Origin: Prevotella sp.
Lineage (GTDB): Bacteria; Bacteroidota; Bacteroidia; Bacteroidales; Dysgonomonadaceae
NCBI GenBank assembly: GCA_031285625.1
Contig: JAITVV010000071.1
Span: 47,776 to 111,775, forward strand
DNA: 64,000 nucleotides
Direction: 5' to 3'
Within the stretch, counting starts at the first letter, position 1. Each line of letters opens with the position of its first letter. Shown piece after piece: positions 1-9,693 of the stretch. A program made the translations under genes and the position numbers. The notes under the pieces were generated by a model. That model ran no database searches and was not told the DNA's origin. It saw nothing but the letters and a program-made list of their open reading frames with translations.

Positions 1-1
1 T

Positions 2-949
2 CTCTCATGTCTGCACTGTGGTAGTGATTGCGTATCCGATTCGAAATATAAGGATATGCCAAAAGAGGATTTCTTTAAGGTACTCGATGGTATCAATGAG
101 TATCCCCATGATCATATTACTGTAATTGTTACAGGAGGGGAACCTCTGGTAAGGAAAGACCTAGAAGAATGTGGTTTTGAAATACGCAGGCGGGGATTTC
201 GATGGGGAATTGTTACCAATGGATATGCTTATACTAAAGAGCGTCATATTTCGCTTCTAAATGCAGGAATGGGTTCTATCACTCTCAGTTTTGATGGGTT
301 GAGTGATACACACAACTGGTTGCGAAACAATCCTAAAAGCTTCGAAAGGACAGTGAATGCACTTCAACTTATATCTGCCTCTGAACGCTTAACATCGGAT
401 GTAGTAACGTGTGTAAACAAGCAGAATATTTCTCAGCTCGAAGAAATCTATCAATTGATTCAGCTAAACGGAGGCAAAGCTTGGCGCTTGTTTACCATTA
501 CACCTATTGGCAGAGCAAAGAACAACGAAGATATGCTGCTCAGTGCGGATGAGTTTACATATCTGATGGAGTTTATCAAGGTGAAAAGAAAATCCGGAGG
601 GATGAATATAAAGTTTAGCTGTGAAGGATATGTCGGCCGATACGAAGGTGAAGTACGGGAAGGTTATTTCTTTTGCAGGGCAGGTGTTAATGTGGCCTCT
701 GTCTTAATCGATGGGAGTATAGGCGCTTGTCCGAATATAAACCGCAGCTTTACGCAGGGCAATATCTATAGAGATAACTTTATGGATGTATGGAACAATC
801 GTTATGAACTATATAGAAATCGTAACTGGACCAAAACAGGGCAATGCGCTTCATGCAAAGAATATAAGTACTGCAATGGAAATGGTATGCACTACTGGAC
901 TGAAAACAAAGACAATGTATTAACCTGCCATTATAATCTGATAAAATAA
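2..949 (+). CDS. Radical SAM/SPASM-domain protein (TIGR04133-like rSAM/lipoprotein-system family), 5'-truncated by the window edge
   Basis: Frame is open from base 2 and reads LSCLHCGSDC (tail of CxxxCxxC), then TGGEPL and a C-terminal SPASM cysteine set (CRAG..GACP..CASC..YC). The ORF-track start at 56 is internal. Confidence 0.85.
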   Translation, partial: LSCLHCGSDCVSDSKYKDMPKEDFFKVLDGINEYPHDHITVIVTGGEPLVRKDLEECGFEIRRRGFRWGIVTNGYAYTKERHISLLNAGMGSITLSFDGLSDTHNWLRNNPKSFERTVNALQLISASERLTSDVVTCVNKQNISQLEEIYQLIQLNGGKAWRLFTITPIGRAKNNEDMLLSADEFTYLMEFIKVKRKSGGMNIKFSCEGYVGRYEGEVREGYFFCRAGVNVASVLIDGSIGACPNINRSFTQGNIYRDNFMDVWNNRYELYRNRNWTKTGQCASCKEYKYCNGNGMHYWTENKDNVLTCHYNLIK

Positions 950-1026
950 TTGTTGTGAAACAATTTGATATTTAGTTTTGTTTATTTAGTCATAGAGAGT
1001 ATTGATAAACTTAAAGAAGTACCATT

Positions 1027-1194
1027 ATGACTGATAAAGATAAGAAAGAGCATAACTCTATGCTGGATAACAGACTGGGTACACCCATGAAAAAAGCCGA
1101 AGGATTGAGCAGTGATATGAAAAAAGCCGAATCGGAACATTTACATGCTTTTCGTGATGACGTAAATATCAATGATAAAGAAGATAAGCTATAG
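1027..1194 (+). CDS. Small 55-aa hydrophilic protein with duplicated MKKAE motif (absent from ORF track)
   Basis: ATG at 1027 after an A-rich leader and TAG at 1192-1194, immediately followed by a strong hairpin. Translation: MTDKDKKEHNSMLDNRLGTPMKKAEGLSSDMKKAESEHLHAFRDDVNINDKEDKL. Confidence 0.6.
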   Translation: MTDKDKKEHNSMLDNRLGTPMKKAEGLSSDMKKAESEHLHAFRDDVNINDKEDKL

Positions 1195-1234
1195 AATAAT
1201 GGTGCTATTTAGACTTCTAAATAGCACCATTATT
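1195..1234. terminator. Bidirectional hairpin terminator
   Basis: 18-bp perfect inverted repeat AATAATGGTGCTATTTAG/CTAAATAGCACCATTATT between convergent genes. Confidence 0.8.
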
Positions 1235-1260
1235 AAAATATGACTTCATTAATTAATGCT

Positions 1261-3063
1261 CTATTTAGCAGCTAGCTGAATAAGCTTCAAACGAGCTTCG
1301 AGCAGCTTTTCAGGTTCTCTGACAAATTGAGTTCCACTGCTAACTATTTCAGCACAAATAGTCTGTGTCTGAGCTAAATTCTTTTTTGCGGCCAATGCCA
1401 GTATTTCATAATCTTCGAAACTATCACGTACAGAGGTAGATCGCGGCCCTTCATAAACAGAATGATTTTCTTTGTCCGGATATACCAACCAGCCATCCCC
1501 AGCTGCTCCTTCGCAGTACATGTCTGCAAATGGTTGGTTTGGATTTTTAGCCTGGCCGTATAGATTCCATGCCCAATGTAGATACCCTGTTATTTTTCGC
1601 TGCCACAGATACCAACCTATCACACGCGAACTTAGTAAAGGATAATCGGCAATACGTGTCATAAAATCGTCCATCTGCGGATTGACGCATGTGTAAGTCC
1701 AGAGCTCCTGATTGGGTCTTTCTCCAATGGCATCGTAGCCCGAACGGTCTTCTTCATAATAATTTATTTGTGGACAGAAAATACTCAGGTCATCAGCAAA
1801 CCAATCTTTTTGCCTGCTGCCTGCATCTACAGTCCTCACCATAGGCATTTCCCGCAATATCCGGTTGTACATTTCGTTAATGGCTACATGTTGTACTGTT
1901 ACCATCGGTTCATCTTGTACATGTTGTATCCACATTTTTTCCCAACCTTTTGCTTTCAGGTGATTATACAGCAGGGGTATAAATTGGTCAAAGTATGATT
2001 GTGCTTCAGGTGAATCAACGGCAACCCGCGCAAACTTTGCTTTCCCATTTTCTCCCTTGTGTATAATTTTTGCAACCAGTGAGGTATTATAAGGATCTTC
2101 AGAACCATTCCAGTTCATCTCATACCAATGCTCACCTTCCAGATTCTTTATAGAACCATTATCTATGAAAGCCTGGATATATCGATCGAAGCTTTTGAAT
2201 GTAAAGTTCATTTTACCATCCGAATTGAAGGTAGCATCAGATAAAAGCAAACCTAATGGTACCATAATGGTATTTTGTCGCTCTTTCTTCATCACCTTTG
2301 CAAAGTTGGACATAAGAGTAAAGAAATTATTATCCAATTGATTAACTGACCAGCAAACATTATAAGTTTCATTTACTTCGCCTGACCACCAGTGAAAAGG
2401 AGTAATCCAGTTAGTATAAGAGAATTGAGAATCCTTAGGATCTGGTAATACAACATCATGTACAGTTATTGTAATGGGAATCTTTCCCAATTCATTTTCT
2501 CCAGATGACAGAACTGCAGTAGTGTTATATGTCCCAGCTGGAGTTGAAGATGTACTTGTGGCCTCAATAGCGATACCATAACTTCTGTTTTGATCCACAT
2601 TTCCGATTGCATTTATAGTATAATATTCAGGAAAATAAGCTGGTGAATCTCTCCGTTTATAGGTAGATTTTATACCGGCATGCTCTCCTGTAAAACCATA
2701 CGATGATTTTGAATTAAGGACAAGACTGATTGGCATTGCTTTAATCTTTGGCGCATCAGATTCAGCGAAAGGTTCAATCTCAATCTTTACATCACTTAAT
2801 TTTTCAGGAGAACGTAAAGCTATTTGCATAGACTCACTTTCGTTTCTCACCATTTCTATTTGCAACTGTTTTGCTGATTGTTCAGAAGGTTTTAGGTCAT
2901 GAAAAATATCAATAAGTGAATTTTCGACCCATAAATCAACATTTTCCACTTCACCTGATCCGTTTCCATTACTATTTCCAGCGTCATTTTCCTTATCACT
3001 ACAGTTGATGAATGATAAAATCGTAAAAAGAATTAAAAATCCCATTTTGTTCATGTTATCCAT
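1261..3063 (-). CDS. Lipoprotein glycoside hydrolase, GH123-like / DUF4091 domain
   Basis: Lipobox SFINC, N-terminal 'RNESESMQIAL', catalytic-type DEP (HVQDEP), WTYTC, GYLHWAWN and GDGWLVYP motifs typical of DUF4091 proteins. Confidence 0.7.
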   Translation of the reverse strand: MDNMNKMGFLILFTILSFINCSDKENDAGNSNGNGSGEVENVDLWVENSLIDIFHDLKPSEQSAKQLQIEMVRNESESMQIALRSPEKLSDVKIEIEPFAESDAPKIKAMPISLVLNSKSSYGFTGEHAGIKSTYKRRDSPAYFPEYYTINAIGNVDQNRSYGIAIEATSTSSTPAGTYNTTAVLSSGENELGKIPITITVHDVVLPDPKDSQFSYTNWITPFHWWSGEVNETYNVCWSVNQLDNNFFTLMSNFAKVMKKERQNTIMVPLGLLLSDATFNSDGKMNFTFKSFDRYIQAFIDNGSIKNLEGEHWYEMNWNGSEDPYNTSLVAKIIHKGENGKAKFARVAVDSPEAQSYFDQFIPLLYNHLKAKGWEKMWIQHVQDEPMVTVQHVAINEMYNRILREMPMVRTVDAGSRQKDWFADDLSIFCPQINYYEEDRSGYDAIGERPNQELWTYTCVNPQMDDFMTRIADYPLLSSRVIGWYLWQRKITGYLHWAWNLYGQAKNPNQPFADMYCEGAAGDGWLVYPDKENHSVYEGPRSTSVRDSFEDYEILALAAKKNLAQTQTICAEIVSSGTQFVREPEKLLEARLKLIQLAAK

Positions 3064-3469
3064 TATAAAAATATTTAAGAGGTTAGTATCCAGAATTCAT
3101 ATAGAATAGCAGTCCTGCCATTCTTGCCAGGATAAAATGTTTATATGCCAGATAAAGCATATCTGATTTTCATCAGTTCCGTTCCTACAATTGAGTATTA
3201 CTTGATATTGAGTCTAGGGCATTTACAAGCTATCAATAATCATAGAATCTTCCTCCAAATTCATTATAAATAATGAACCTAGAATAGTAGGTGGGGTTTT
3301 AACAATAGAGGTTAAAGGTAATAGATTGACAGTCAGTCCTGTCATGCGTTTTTCTGTATTTTCTCAAATAATCTTGTTACGAATCTACATATTTTTTTTC
3401 AATCTACCAATATATCTGCCTCTTTTTCAATTGATATGACAGATAATGCAACAAGTTTCGCAATTATTC

Positions 3470-5116
3470 CTATCTGTTTTTCTGAATAACACCTATTTTC
3501 ATAACCATATTTTCAAACTCATCACGAGAAACAGCAGCTTTGTTTCGTGCCTTAGTACGGTAATTATATATTGTGCTTAAGGAATACCTCAAAAATCCTG
3601 CAATTTTCACACTATCGGTGATCCCCAGACGTATAAGGGCAAAAATACGCAATTCGGTATTTAATAGTTCTCCTTGTTTGGGTAAGACTTGTTCTTCGCT
3701 TATTAGTAGAGAATTAAAGTCTTCAACAAAAGTAGGATAAAGACTCAAGAAGATATTATCGAATTTTTTATAAAGTTCTTCCAGCTCATTATCTACCATT
3801 GTAGTCGATTTCAACATTTTGAAGAGTTCATCTAATTGGTTGTTTGCAGCTTTCTTATTCAGTGCCTTTCTGTAATCTTCCAGCTTAGTAATATAAGCAG
3901 AGCATAAATCAAAGAAGTGGGCAATATATTCTTCCTTAATATGATTTGATTCAGATAACTCTGAGTTTACTTTATATAATTGGTTGTTTGTATTGCTTAT
4001 TCCTTCATTTAAGTCTGTCAGCTTTACATTTGTACGATAGAGTTCTTTCCGAATTTTAGAAACTCTCTTCATTTGCTTATATACATAGATAACTGCAACA
4101 ATAAGAAACAGGGATAATATACTGATTAGTATAAGATACAATTTCAATTCGCTTTTTTGTTTAGCTTCTTTTGCCTGATAAGTTGTATTAATAATTGAAT
4201 AGAATTCTGATATTTCAATTGTTCTGAACCGCACATTACAAAAAACAGCATCTTCGATAGCTGATTTTGTAAATCTATAAGCTTGATCGATATCTCCGCT
4301 TTCATAATAAGTCAAAGCAAGACTTTGCATCGATGCATTATCTTTTATCGCATTTTTAATATCAGTAATTGCCGAAAGAGCATAATATTTTTTCTGCGAT
4401 ATAGAATCATGCTTATTTTTATACACATTTCCTAAAAGGTAAGTAACCAATGCATAATCCGGATCATCTTGGGGTATCTTATTTAGTAAGGTTAAAAGGC
4501 GATTTCCTGCAATCTCCAGCTGTCCTTGATAGAGTATCTTTTCAGCATAGGTAATCTGGTACTTAATAGAATTGGGATCTAATGTGGTTAATAAAGAATC
4601 CCGGTAAGCCTCGTTTAACTGAAAATATGTATGACGATTGTTACTTTGAGCATAATGTCCGTAAAACTGGCTATAAGTTTCAAAATATAATGGAAGGAGT
4701 TCTTTTGATAAAGATTTTCTATCAATCTGATTTAATATTTCCTTTGATTCAATATACATTCCGGTGGCAGAATAGAGTAAACATAGGTTGAGATTTGTTT
4801 CATCTCTAAGATTTATATCACCTATATCTTTAGCTATTTTTTTATTCTTTTCCATATAATAGATTGCTGAATCTATTATATATTTCCTGTATTCTTTGGC
4901 TAATTTTGAATTGATTTCGTATTCTTGATTTTTGGGTAAGTTTTGAGTGTGCAGGAGTTGTTGCAGACTGTTTATCTTCTGCTCCTTTTTTTCCACATAG
5001 AATTCTTTATTATTTATTTCCTTATTCAACCAGACAAATAATGTATCCTGATCGTCCTTCCCGAAAGAAAGCAAAGGCATAAAGCATATAAGTAAGGCAA
5101 GTGTGATTCTTTTCAT
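3470..5116 (-). CDS. SusR-like membrane-spanning transcriptional regulator (TPR + DUF6377)
   Basis: Signal peptide, periplasmic TPRs, one TM helix, and C-terminal LNTELRIFALIRLGITDSVKIAGFLRYSLSTIYNYR signature. Confidence 0.9.
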   Translation of the reverse strand: MKRITLALLICFMPLLSFGKDDQDTLFVWLNKEINNKEFYVEKKEQKINSLQQLLHTQNLPKNQEYEINSKLAKEYRKYIIDSAIYYMEKNKKIAKDIGDINLRDETNLNLCLLYSATGMYIESKEILNQIDRKSLSKELLPLYFETYSQFYGHYAQSNNRHTYFQLNEAYRDSLLTTLDPNSIKYQITYAEKILYQGQLEIAGNRLLTLLNKIPQDDPDYALVTYLLGNVYKNKHDSISQKKYYALSAITDIKNAIKDNASMQSLALTYYESGDIDQAYRFTKSAIEDAVFCNVRFRTIEISEFYSIINTTYQAKEAKQKSELKLYLILISILSLFLIVAVIYVYKQMKRVSKIRKELYRTNVKLTDLNEGISNTNNQLYKVNSELSESNHIKEEYIAHFFDLCSAYITKLEDYRKALNKKAANNQLDELFKMLKSTTMVDNELEELYKKFDNIFLSLYPTFVEDFNSLLISEEQVLPKQGELLNTELRIFALIRLGITDSVKIAGFLRYSLSTIYNYRTKARNKAAVSRDEFENMVMKIGVIQKNR

Positions 5117-5372
5117 ATAAAACCGGGTATGATAGCCTCAAAGTTAATGAAAAAATAGTTTCCTCATTCCAAATTTATTAAGTACTATCCGGAGTGGAGT
5201 GCAGGTGAGGAAATTTCTGCACTAATCTGAAGGCAGGCGAATATATTGCATAGCATATAAAAGATATAATATAGCAGAAAATCAGTATCTTTATATACGA
5301 AATATTAAACACTATGATGACTTTTAATAACTCTTTATTTCCATTAACCTGAATTCAACCATAAATCCTAAT

Positions 5373-7163
5373 ATGCATACTTCGATTAAGAAAGACCTCG
5401 AAAAAGCAGCTGTTTTCTTCAAAAGGAAGAAATATGATGTAGTAATCAGTTATTGCGACAATATTTTAAGACTTGATAAAGATAATGAAGAAGCAACAAA
5501 ACTAAAACTCGATTCATTAGTCGGAATAGTCAGGTATTATTTGAAGAAAAAGGATTATGCTACTGCAATGCATTTTTCATATGTCGGTTTAGAAATTGAT
5601 AAGTTATATCCTCCATTAGTACATGCTTTTCTCGATTGTTGCTTTAGGGGAGGTTTTGCCATTGGTTCCGACTATAAAAAAGAAATCCTTGACACTGAAT
5701 TTAATTATATACCACTAATTGAGTATAAAGCTGCGCTTCTTGATATATCTGAAGGTACAGTAGAAGCATTAAAATATTTAGAAAACGAAACTGCTAAAAA
5801 TCCGGATATTTCCAATTTATATTTTGTAAAAGGATTCAGCTTATTCAAACAAAATAAATTTGAAGAAGCTATGATTGAATTTGACAAATCTATAGAATTA
5901 GCTGACGAAGAAATATTTAGACTGCACCTTTATAAAGCTTTATCTTTAGCCAATATAGGGAAACATGAAGAGGCAGCAGAGATTATGAGAAATATTAAAA
6001 CGAATATAACCGATATAATTGATCAAACCTTCTTTATCGAGCATTATAAACAAAGACTACCTGTTATTTATGAATTAATATACGGAGATGAACAATCTGA
6101 ATTTAATCGTATAGTAACACAACATGGAATTAAGAGGGATCTTAATAATCCGGAATATAAATATTATGCAAAGTATTTCGTAAAGAAGCATATTTATTCG
6201 ACTAATAAAAAACATCTGAAAGACAAATTAATATTTCTATTACTGAAATTCAAGTTATTCAGGAATAGCATCCATAATTTTTTCTTGAAAAAAGAGAAAC
6301 AAAACAAATTTACGATTAAAGCCTTTTGTCCGAATATAAAAAAACATCAACGTAAAATATTTAAGGTTGCTATGGCATTTATATTCTCTCTATTGCTTTA
6401 CTGTTTCTTAGTTCTTTATCTGATAATAACATTCTTTGTATTACAAGAGGTTTTGAGTAGATTCCTGCCGTCCTACACCAGAGGAGGAAATATTGATTTA
6501 TTGGTATTATATCTTTCGGTAACAGTATTTACCATTATAATCAGCTCAAGATCGATACTTCCTGCAATCAAAGATGGTTTTAATGAAGGGTACATTAAAA
6601 AATATTTAAAGAAATCCAAAACGAATAAGATTCAACAAAAAAGTATCAGATATTACATGAACCTTCTGCCGAGTAACATATTAAGGTTTTATACAAATCA
6701 TTATAAGGTCGCTCATTTTTACAATAAAATTCCAAAAAATCCAGTTATCGCCGGAAAAATAGAAAAGTACAGAATAAGTAGAATCAGAAGAAACACTAAT
6801 TTTTTCAGATACTTAAAATACTTATTTTATAAGCTAAGTCTTAAACTGACTATTATAAAACAAAAGGATTTTTCTTTTGAAAAGGCCCAAAAGTTCACTG
6901 TATATTTTATCTATTTTACTTATTTCTCTTTGATTTTAATAACATATATATTTAAGTACGGACAATTCGAATTTATCCACAGGTATTTTGAAACTAAGGG
7001 AATCGATATTGCATTCGTAGATGATGCGATAAATACTATAATATTTTCCCTGATTACTTTTATGGCATTTGAAAATATCCGCTCAACCCGAAATGATTTA
7101 GATACCAGCCGGAAACCTGCAGCGGTTTATCCGGATGGAACAGATGCTATAACAAAAAAGTAG
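5373..7163 (+). CDS. TPR-repeat protein with C-terminal transmembrane helices, function unknown
   Basis: 596-aa ORF with N-terminal TPR-like helices (YFVKGFSLFKQNKFEEAMIEFDKSIEL) and about four hydrophobic segments; visibly AT-rich. Confidence 0.7.
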   Translation: MHTSIKKDLEKAAVFFKRKKYDVVISYCDNILRLDKDNEEATKLKLDSLVGIVRYYLKKKDYATAMHFSYVGLEIDKLYPPLVHAFLDCCFRGGFAIGSDYKKEILDTEFNYIPLIEYKAALLDISEGTVEALKYLENETAKNPDISNLYFVKGFSLFKQNKFEEAMIEFDKSIELADEEIFRLHLYKALSLANIGKHEEAAEIMRNIKTNITDIIDQTFFIEHYKQRLPVIYELIYGDEQSEFNRIVTQHGIKRDLNNPEYKYYAKYFVKKHIYSTNKKHLKDKLIFLLLKFKLFRNSIHNFFLKKEKQNKFTIKAFCPNIKKHQRKIFKVAMAFIFSLLLYCFLVLYLIITFFVLQEVLSRFLPSYTRGGNIDLLVLYLSVTVFTIIISSRSILPAIKDGFNEGYIKKYLKKSKTNKIQQKSIRYYMNLLPSNILRFYTNHYKVAHFYNKIPKNPVIAGKIEKYRISRIRRNTNFFRYLKYLFYKLSLKLTIIKQKDFSFEKAQKFTVYFIYFTYFSLILITYIFKYGQFEFIHRYFETKGIDIAFVDDAINTIIFSLITFMAFENIRSTRNDLDTSRKPAAVYPDGTDAITKK

Positions 7164-7187
7164 AACTTGCCCGAAAAGAATGTAACA

Positions 7188-7220
7188 AAAAAGGTCACCA
7201 AATTGGTGGCCTTTCCTTTT
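7188..7220. terminator. Hairpin terminator between tRNA-Lys and the TPR gene
   Basis: AAAGGTCACCA/TGGTGGCCTTT stem flanked by A and T tracts. Confidence 0.65.
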
Positions 7221-7225
7221 CCTAG

Positions 7226-7298
7226 TGATCCCGCTGGGGCTCGAACCCAGGACCCCATCATTAAAAGTGATGTGCTCTACCTGCTGAGCTACGGAATC
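7226..7298 (-). tRNA. tRNA-Lys (anticodon TTT), CCA not encoded
   Basis: Minus strand GATTCCGTAGCTCAGCAGGTAGAGCACATCACTTTTAATGATGGGGTCCTGGGTTCGAGCCCCAGCGGGATCA folds as a cloverleaf with CTTTTAA anticodon loop and GTTCGA T-loop. Confidence 0.97.
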
Positions 7299-7323
7299 TC
7301 CTTATTGCTTTATTAAAGCGAGT

Positions 7324-7355
7324 GCAAAGGTAGTTGAAAATATTTATTTACCAAA
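7324..7355 (-). promoter_or_regulatory. Bacteroidetes primary-sigma promoter of tRNA-Lys
   Basis: Minus strand TTTG (-33) ... TACCTTTG (-7, TAnnTTTG consensus). Confidence 0.7.
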
Positions 7356-7473
7356 TAATTGGCTGTGAAATTTATCCAGAATGATTTTTTTTTCTGTTTC
7401 TATTTTAATTTTGTATATTTATTATTTTGTATATTAATCAATTACACAACATTGGAGGTAATGAAAAAAATAT

Positions 7474-8892
7474 TCAATACTGAATGTTTCTAAAAAGGGT
7501 TCTTGCTTCTCGTGCTTTATTCAAATATGTGATTAAAACATTTCTATCAAATAATTCCGGATTCTGGGGTACATAGATAAGCTGAAATAAAGACATTAAC
7601 TCTTTATCAGTAAACTGGTCTAATATATCATTAAATTGATCTTTATCATCTATTTCGAAATAGAGCAAAGCCAAGCGTTCTTTTATTGCCAGATTATTTG
7701 GATCGAGCTCCAAAAGCTTTTCTGTATAATAGGCAGCTTTTTCATAATTTTCTTCTTTTATATTTATAATAGCCAACCTATCTATTAAATGAAAATTATC
7801 GTCATTTTGTAAGTAAATATTTAGATAGTGGACCTTAGCCTCCTCATAATGTCCTTGCTTAAATGCAATTTCTCCGGCGATCATATTCAAATCCAAAAAA
7901 TCCGGATACTTAACCAAGCCGTCCTGCACTATGTCGTACGCAGCATTATAATCTCCTTTTTGAATGTATATGTATGCCCGCTTTGATAGCAGCTCTGCAG
8001 TTTCAATATACGCAGCCTCATATTTAGACAAACATTGAAGAGCCTCATCGTACATTTCCAATGATTGGTAACATTCTGCGAGCAAGAAATAAATTGATAT
8101 ATCCTCCGGATCGGACAGAAGGAGTTCATTGAAAATTTCAATAGCTTCCTCTACACGCTCAGCCAAAGACATACAGTGTGCTCTTAATTTTAACACGTTA
8201 CTATCCGAATCATTAATGGTAAGCGCGAAATCAAAGGCATCTATTGCTTTCTCAAATTCTTCATTAAGAGAAAAAAGCTTACCTAAATTAACCCATGCCT
8301 CATATGTGTACGGTTCTACGTCTAGTATTTTGTTAGTAGTGGTAATCGCAAAGTCAAAGTTACCCAGCATTTCATATGCGTACGCCAAATCTGATAATAC
8401 ATCTATATTTTCAGGATTGTATTTCAGACTTTCCTGAAAGTAGATAACAGCTTCTTTGAAGTAATCAGCCTCTACATACAGAAAACCTAGTTCCATAAAT
8501 ATATTTTCAGGATCTTCGTCTTCTTCCTTGTTAAGCAGCTCTTTTGTTAATTCATATGCTTTTGAGTAGTTATCTAATTGAAGATAACATTCTATCTTAA
8601 GAAGAAATAAATCGAAATCATATTCCAATGATAATTTCTCTAATATCCTTAAGGCAAAAGAGTATTCTCCGTCATAAACAGCAAATTTAGCCTTTTTAAT
8701 CACCAACGAGTTATTCCCCGGATGGATGGATAATCCGGTGTCAACTATTTCTCTGGCAATATCTATCTCATCTTGTGAATCATAATATTCAGCAAGATCT
8801 CCAAATTCATCCGCATCAAAATAGATATTCTTACCAGACTCCACCGCCTGCTCATATCTTTTTATTAGCTCTAATATATCTTTTTCCGCCAT
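7474..8892 (-). CDS. Tetratricopeptide repeat protein (conserved Bacteroidales family)
   Basis: N-terminal YFDADEFGDLAEYY motif followed by many TPRs. Confidence 0.85.
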   Translation of the reverse strand: MAEKDILELIKRYEQAVESGKNIYFDADEFGDLAEYYDSQDEIDIAREIVDTGLSIHPGNNSLVIKKAKFAVYDGEYSFALRILEKLSLEYDFDLFLLKIECYLQLDNYSKAYELTKELLNKEEDEDPENIFMELGFLYVEADYFKEAVIYFQESLKYNPENIDVLSDLAYAYEMLGNFDFAITTTNKILDVEPYTYEAWVNLGKLFSLNEEFEKAIDAFDFALTINDSDSNVLKLRAHCMSLAERVEEAIEIFNELLLSDPEDISIYFLLAECYQSLEMYDEALQCLSKYEAAYIETAELLSKRAYIYIQKGDYNAAYDIVQDGLVKYPDFLDLNMIAGEIAFKQGHYEEAKVHYLNIYLQNDDNFHLIDRLAIINIKEENYEKAAYYTEKLLELDPNNLAIKERLALLYFEIDDKDQFNDILDQFTDKELMSLFQLIYVPQNPELFDRNVLITYLNKAREARTLFRNIQY

Positions 8893-8991
8893 CTTATCTA
8901 TTTCATAAAGGGCTACAAAGGTAATACTTTTTTAAGGTGTTTTACTTTGGTTTTATGAATCTATTCGTCTCAAAAGTAGATATCAAACAAA

Positions 8992-9023
8992 TAAAAGGCT
9001 ACCCATTGATGGGTAGCCTTTTA
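8992..9023 (-). terminator. Intrinsic terminator
   Basis: TAAAAGGCTACCCAT/ATGGGTAGCCTTTTA perfect stem downstream of 9041. Confidence 0.8.
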
Positions 9024-9040
9024 AATAATAGACCGGGATA

Positions 9041-9517
9041 CTATTTTGTTATTTTGCTGAAAGTGTCTATTAACATTGCTTTAGTAATTTCTTTTTCATC
9101 GATTTCCAGTTGCTTGGCAATTGCTGCTTTGACATCTGTCGAACTACTAATCACTTTTTCTTTATAAAGAAGTGTTTCCGAATCTTTATCTGTAGTAAGA
9201 GTTAGCTTGTCATCTTTAAGTTTATAAGTTCCTTCTGTTTCAACGCTTGATTTTTTAGCTTGGAATGTTCCATCTAACTTAAAAACATAAGTATTGTTGA
9301 CATTATCTGTCATTTCCTCTATTGCCTTAACTACCTCATCCTTAATGTCAGGATTTGTAACTTCTACCTCAGCCGCCGTTTTTGAGTGTTTCCATGTGCC
9401 CAAAAGTTCAACATTTCCATTTCCGCCTTTATCATCATCGTCATCACTACAAGATGTAACACCAAGGCCTAAAATAAAGGCGCACAGAGATAATCCTAGA
9501 ATTTTTCTAAGTTTCAT
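9041..9517 (-). CDS. Lipoprotein, lipocalin-like beta-barrel
   Basis: Lipobox VTSC followed by SDDDDD; LLGTWK and GTYKL motifs. Confidence 0.75.
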   Translation of the reverse strand: MKLRKILGLSLCAFILGLGVTSCSDDDDDKGGNGNVELLGTWKHSKTAAEVEVTNPDIKDEVVKAIEEMTDNVNNTYVFKLDGTFQAKKSSVETEGTYKLKDDKLTLTTDKDSETLLYKEKVISSSTDVKAAIAKQLEIDEKEITKAMLIDTFSKITK

Positions 9518-9693
9518 AATTAATTTTTCTTTTTTAATTAACTAACAAATGTTTTTACAGTGATATCACTTTATAAAGAAACTTTCGATCGGTTTCTAAG
9601 AGTAAGATGTAAAGACTCGTTATTATGTTGCATCAACAAATCTTTATAAAATATAAAAAAAATGGAGGTGCTTTATATCAAGAAGTTAGACAC

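Noticed and set aside
5159-5237. GC-richer patch with overlapping inverted repeats (TTTCCTCA/TGAGGAAA; AGTGCAG/CTGCACT), superficially like a SAM-I or glycine riboswitch
   Set aside because: Core riboswitch motifs (GCAACC/GTGC pairing for SAM-I, GGAGA..CTCTCAGG for glycine) are absent and the flanking genes are unrelated. An Rfam search would be needed to say more.
7223-7226. tRNA-Lys lacks an encoded CCA (reads CTA)
   Set aside because: This is common in Bacteroidales, where CCA is added post-transcriptionally. No duplicated tRNA 3' end (att site) was found in the window.
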